Source of the DNA: Selaginella moellendorffii
Taxonomy: Eukaryota > Plantae > Lycopodiophyta
DNA: 64,000 nt
Direction of reading: 5' to 3'
Assembly: GCF_000143415.4 (NCBI RefSeq)
Contig: NW_003314262.1
Span: forward strand, 5,738,304 to 5,802,303
Shown: piece after piece, positions 59,037 through 64,000 of the stretch
How the letters are laid out: the number at the start of each line of letters is the position of its first letter
Numbering within the stretch: position 1 is the stretch's first letter
Notes under the pieces: model-generated
The model's input: only the letters and a program-made list of their open reading frames with translations
Database searches by the model: none
Told to the model about the DNA's origin: nothing
Translations under genes and position numbers: made by a program

Positions 59037-61230
59037 CAGAAGCTCACCCATGGGCTTAGAAAAAAGACATCCACTTTTTCCAAAAGTTCGACTAAACTTG
59101 TAACACTTACTATTATGTGCTAACACATAATTTACCATATATGAAGCCCCTACTATGTGGACATGCTTCGCACCAACTAACTAGCTTTCTCTGCAAATGT
59201 AGTCCAAAGCAATAGTCCTTTCTACTTGCTTACCTAGGGGAGAGAGTAATCTTATTATTTTATTGCCCTAAGCATCTATATATATTAAAAAGAAGAGCTT
59301 GGCCTCCCACAATTGTCCCATCCCAAACCTAAAAGCCATGGTGAGGCCAGCCAGAGTTAGTAGCTATGGTTTTCGGAAATATTGGCTTAGTATTATGGTG
59401 GCCAATGGGTGGCATGCACATGTGGCTAGGAAGGGAAGAGTACATGGTGATAGCTATTACACCATGCAATTCTAAGATTCCATGGCTGCTTTGCTCACAG
59501 TGCGTGAGTAGCACCACATGCAAGGCTAGTACACTAGTGACTTCCTAGTCAGGAACTTTCTAGGGCTTTATTGCTTGTTGGTGGTTATTGGACAGACAGG
59601 CAATTACCACTTATCACATCCACCTTTGCAATCCAATGATGCAATAATGGCAACAAGTGAGTGGTCTTTTTTTTCTCATCTAGGCTAACTTGATTTCTAC
59701 AGCCACAACTTCCACTGCTAGAATCAATTGAAATTTCATGCTTGTACATCCAGATGTATGGAATCAGAGACTTGAATCATTTCAAGCTCATGATGATAAA
59801 TTACACAAATGCTCTATTGATTAGCTAGTAGTCTCTACAATTCATTACAAGAGATTGGAAGCCTTGCAACAAGGATTAGATCACAAACTTTACCAGCTTA
59901 TGGGACAACCTAACTTGGCTTGGCACAACTTAGCTAACAACAAGTTGGTGTGATAAAGGAGAGAAATGGACTATATATCACATTATTTCTCAGGGTTTGA
60001 TCTTCCCTTGATTCTTGGTACTCTTATGCAATTAAGAATTGTGTCCAATCTGTGCTATATGGGGTGCTAGGATTCAAATTCTCTTTATGTTGGATGCCAC
60101 AATGGCACATATGGATGTCTTGGTGGTCAATCAAAACTGTGCCAAGAGGCACATACCAATCGCTTAGGGAATTTGAAGATCAGAAAGAAAGTATTATGGA
60201 ATTTTATAATCATTTTTTAGCTGTATGCAGAATTATGCATTACAAATCCATTGAGAAGCAAAATGCTTACATGTTTTTTAGTGTAGAAGTGCTCTTTGAT
60301 GCTTTGATACAACTTGATATAATATATGTTTTGTAATGCACTGGACATTAGCAAGCAATCCAAGGGGATTGAATTTCAGATTTTTCTCTAAGCCCTTAGG
60401 TTTGGAATTTACAACAGATTTTGTGTTGAAATGTTGCATGTTTTCATTGCAAGCTATTTTCATTTTCATCCATTTTATTAAAGCTTCTGATTTTATTTCC
60501 AGCTTTTCTAAAACTTCTCTTTAGAGCACATTTAGTTCTCTAGACAATTTTAGCCACACGATCAACATTTTCAATGACTTTTAATATCCAATTAATATAT
60601 GCCATATAAGCATTTGTTGATGTTCTCTCTTTGGTGATTTAATCTCTTCCTGTTTGTCACAACTTTCCTCCACTACATTTTCTTGTTCAATTTCACTATA
60701 ACGTCCACTCTAGTACTTATACATTGAAATTGTATAACTGTTGTAAAAGAGAGGCATAGTTGGATTTGTAGATTGCATGGTGGAGGTCTTTCTAAATTTG
60801 CTATTATCAAACCTATCAACTAGATCACTATACAAAGAAGATGGATCTATAAACTGAGAAAATACTGTATTTTTACCTGATTGTTGAAAGTTTTTTATTA
60901 GAAGAGTAAAGGGATGACCTAGATAAAGCACAAATATCACTTAGAAAGAAGACAAGCAGACAAGTGTAAGAAAGAAGACAAGCAGATGGCAAAAAGGTGG
61001 GATTTGATATTTTAAGGTTTTATCATGTGTTTTTACCATCTTTACATTTATAGCCATTTATCACAACAATTAGATATTGTTAAAAAATACTGTTTGTGGT
61101 TACAAAAATAACAACCACACATTTTAAGTCTTGGGTAGAGACTCTGGTGCAAGAAAATCAAACAAAACTTTCATACCAACCAAAGAATCCAATTTAGAAA
61201 AAAAAAGACTTCTCTGGAACACCACTCCCT

Positions 61231-62700
61231 CTATTTGGGGCTCGTTTTTGCCCACCACGAGCTCCCATGGGCCCTGAACTTTCTCTCTGTCCACCAGTGA
61301 GCTCTAGCATCTACTAGAATATTTAGTTTTAACTTTTTTCTAATATATTTACGGTTTAATACTAATACAGAACTATAATTAAATCTCAAGTCATGTCGCT
61401 TTAAGATCACTTCCATGACTGCAGCCCATCCAAGTATTTTCAGTGACACACGTGTGCTCTCGATCAGCACCTTTGCGGTGGCATTGGCAGGGAGCCAGAG
61501 GCTCACAAGCCGTTATCCTGCCGTGTCCTCCCTGCAATACACTTCTCAGTCTCGCTCTAGCAAATCTTCTCAAAGATCGCAGGTTCTTGATCACCACCAC
61601 GTGGATCTCTCAGCACTTTGAACTTCGCAAGCTCTTCCTTGATCGACCACTCAAGTGACCTCTTGCCTTGAGATCATCTCTGTTGAAAACTTTCAACCTG
61701 CTCTAACGTTTGAGGAACTGATAAGTAGTGAATTCCAATCCTAGGAGCCAGAGGAAAATTGACGAAGAAAATCTGGCCGGAAGCCATGCAAGTAAAACTC
61801 ACGTTGACCTTTCTAGCACAAGCTTAAAGTTTCTCCAAGCTCCTATACATAGCATAACTCTGGAGCCAAACTCCTCTCGCTCTAGTTGCCAATTCCAGAG
61901 CAGCTGTAGTGCTTGGCCCCACCCTTGTGATCACCCAGCTTCACCTTGACCTCTTGAGAACCTGGCTTAAGATCTTAGCCTCGCCAAGAACAAGAGAATA
62001 AGCATTGTATTCCCGGAAGACAAGCAAATGCGGTTTAAGCTCCTCTACAGAAACTCCACGGATCTGTTGGAAAAAGAAAGAGCTAAACGAAATGAAGAAA
62101 ATGAAAAGAAAGAAGCTTACCTTTGCCAGCCATTGAGAACTCCCATGAGAGCTAGAACGTAGATTTAACACGTTCTCTGCTTCCTCAAGCTCACTCAAGA
62201 CCAATCACTCTCGGGAATGACCAGTTTCTTCGGCTACGAGCGTTTCTGGGGTGTGCATGTTAACTAGCGTGATCCTACGGGCTAAAGTTGAACACGTGAA
62301 TGGTGGCAAGTGCAACAAAAGCTTTTTAACATTCATTGATTTTCCTGGCGGTAGTATCAAAACATCAATTAAGTTACAGGAGTTTATAGAGAATTCTACC
62401 TCACTCTGCTCGTTTTTGTCCCTGCTATCAAGGGAGACAGAGGCTCTAATTTGTCTGTAGGGAAATCCATCAGCTCACACTACTTGTTTTTCTCTCTGCT
62501 ATCTCGGCCAAGGAACCATGATGTGGAGGGTGTCAAGAAAGAGCTGAAGAATATTCCTGGAGTCTCAACCAATGAGTTCTGGTCCATAACTTCCAGCATT
62601 TTTAAGGGGTGGATGATTTTGAACTGCTCCTGGCAATTTTTTGTGTGCGATGCTCCACACACCAAGAGTGGGCAAACGAATCTTGAAATATTCATTGATT
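61231..62700 (-). pseudogene. Decayed intron-containing gene fragment of unknown family
   Basis: Coding-like composition, a clean GT-AG intron near 62065-62120, a related motif twice (RSSSHGSSQWLAK and RAHGSSWWAK), and in-frame stops. Confidence 0.3.
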
Positions 62701-62799
62701 TAACATCAATCTTCTAATCTTGGTCTTAATAAATTCGGAAAGAGAAAAAAAGAAAGAAGCCTCTATTCAAGCACTCTCTAAACTGTCGAGTTGTTCGTG

Positions 62800-63283
62800 C
62801 TTTTCAAGCTCTTCAGATTTCCAGTAAAGTATTCCCTGTTGCCTTGGCAAACTCCCTCAAAGCTTCAATGGCATTCTCTTGTCGCACAGCAAACAGCTTG
62901 TCGATATCCCCGGACAATCGCACCATTGCCAAACCATCGCAACATCCTCCTAAAATTTCACGTGGAGACTCCAACATGTAGACATCACCCACAAGTACAA
63001 CTTGCCATCCCTGCGGTGGAGTAGCGGCCGCCAGAGCAGAAGAACCAGCAAAAGCCTCGTGTTGTAGACGATGCTAAACTTGAACAAACCGACCCCGCCG
63101 TACCAATCGTCAGGAACAAATTGCATTGCCGCAGTGAAAATCCAGACCGTCAGTGGAATCAGCACCCACGAGTCTGTGCTCGTTGTGGAACAGATACCAC
63201 TGATGCCTCCAACAAGAAAACCATATCTGACAACGTTCTTTCGACCAAACAGACAATACAGAAGCACAATGAGAATGTAAGAA
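62800..63283 (-). repeat. Third, inverted and more diverged copy of the 34940-35470 sub-segment
   Basis: Shared translation PDDWY.GV.LFKF.IVY.TR and MSTC.SLH, plus shared DNA GAGGGAGTTTGCC...CAACAGGGAATACTTT. Confidence 0.85.
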
Positions 63284-64000
63284 ACCTATGCTTCCTGCCG
63301 ATATATGGTAGCTACATAAAACCCATATGCAGTGAAGCAGTGATCACAAGGTTCATAAAAAATTGGTGCATTATAATCCAGTGGCGACTAAGATCCCAGG
63401 ACCAAGATTATGCTTTGGGCTCCTAGAAATTCCCGTTTGCACATTTTTAAAATCTTGACCGTTGGTCGGCAGCTCATCCAACGGCGATTAGTACGCTTCA
63501 CCAGCTAAAGATGGTAGCAAATAATAGTGTCCTAGTCAGCAGTCATTTTTATATAGGCTGGTAAAAATTGGAATCCGAAAAAAAAAAGCCGGATGCAAAA
63601 GGCAAGATTTCAAAAAATAGAAGTTTGATCACCTCTGACGTTTCCAGCTTTTGCGTAGTTCTTCGTTGTGAATGCCAGTGTAGAAATCGCCTCGTGGTGA
63701 TTATGATATCGCCATCCTGTTGGTGATCTTGAGCAGATCAAGTCAGTTTTCGACAATCAACAGGACACTGCAATATCCTCAATGTAGCTGCCCATGGTCC
63801 ACATTTCCTGTAACACGTTAATCGTATGACTGGACATTACAAATAACTGGAAGTGACATCAGCTTACACTGCCCCTGATGCTGCAAATCAAGAGCTCACA
63901 AACTGCTGTCAAAGAAAAAACAAAACAAAACAAAACAATGTGAACGAGCAGCAAAGCACTTCAAGCTGTCACCTAGAAGGGAAGTCACGCGTTGTTCGTT

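Noticed and set aside
53500-61200. Degenerate DNA-transposon or gag relics in the AT-rich region (e.g. weak gag-like LREFEDQKESIMEFYNHF near 60160-60220)
   Set aside because: Motifs too short and degraded, and no termini found; cannot be classified without a repeat-library search.
63620-64000. Possible 3' exons of a minus-strand gene entering from the right edge
   Set aside because: Splice-like signals are present, but the frames are short and no domain is recognisable.

Overview
Eukaryotic, plant-type nuclear DNA. The very short introns (mostly ~45-90 nt), tight gene spacing, tandem short-motif PPR gene and Tcn1-like chromovirus suggest a lycophyte such as Selaginella (inference). 1-33.8 kb is gene-dense with 13 genes: SPG1-like GTPase, secreted Gnk2/DUF26 protein, an unusual PAS+receiver protein with no histidine kinase, TIO/FUSED kinase, an animal-type glutamate dehydrogenase, a TAF1A-like gene, a Pro-rich RLK, a PLS-type PPR, a YTH/ECT protein, a GDSL lipase, an ERMP1-like M28 peptidase, a divergent intronless SNU13/L7Ae gene and a HAESA-like LRR-RLK. 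36.8-49.8 kb is a decayed Ty3/Gypsy chromovirus. A younger 7.5-kb non-coding LTR element (5-bp TSD, tRNA-iMet PBS, PPT) is inserted in its integrase. That inner element is close to a continuous array of short stem-loops, including two tRNA T-loop-like hairpins and a duplicated module with compensatory stem changes. The remainder is AT-rich decayed sequence with a diverged ~2-kb duplication of the LRR-RLK 5' end and upstream region, a third inverted partial copy, and a 100-N assembly gap. Top candidates: the hairpin-array LTR element, the PAS-REC gene and the antenna-type GDH. Exon structures were spliced by hand, and all family calls come from recognising motifs, not from database searches.
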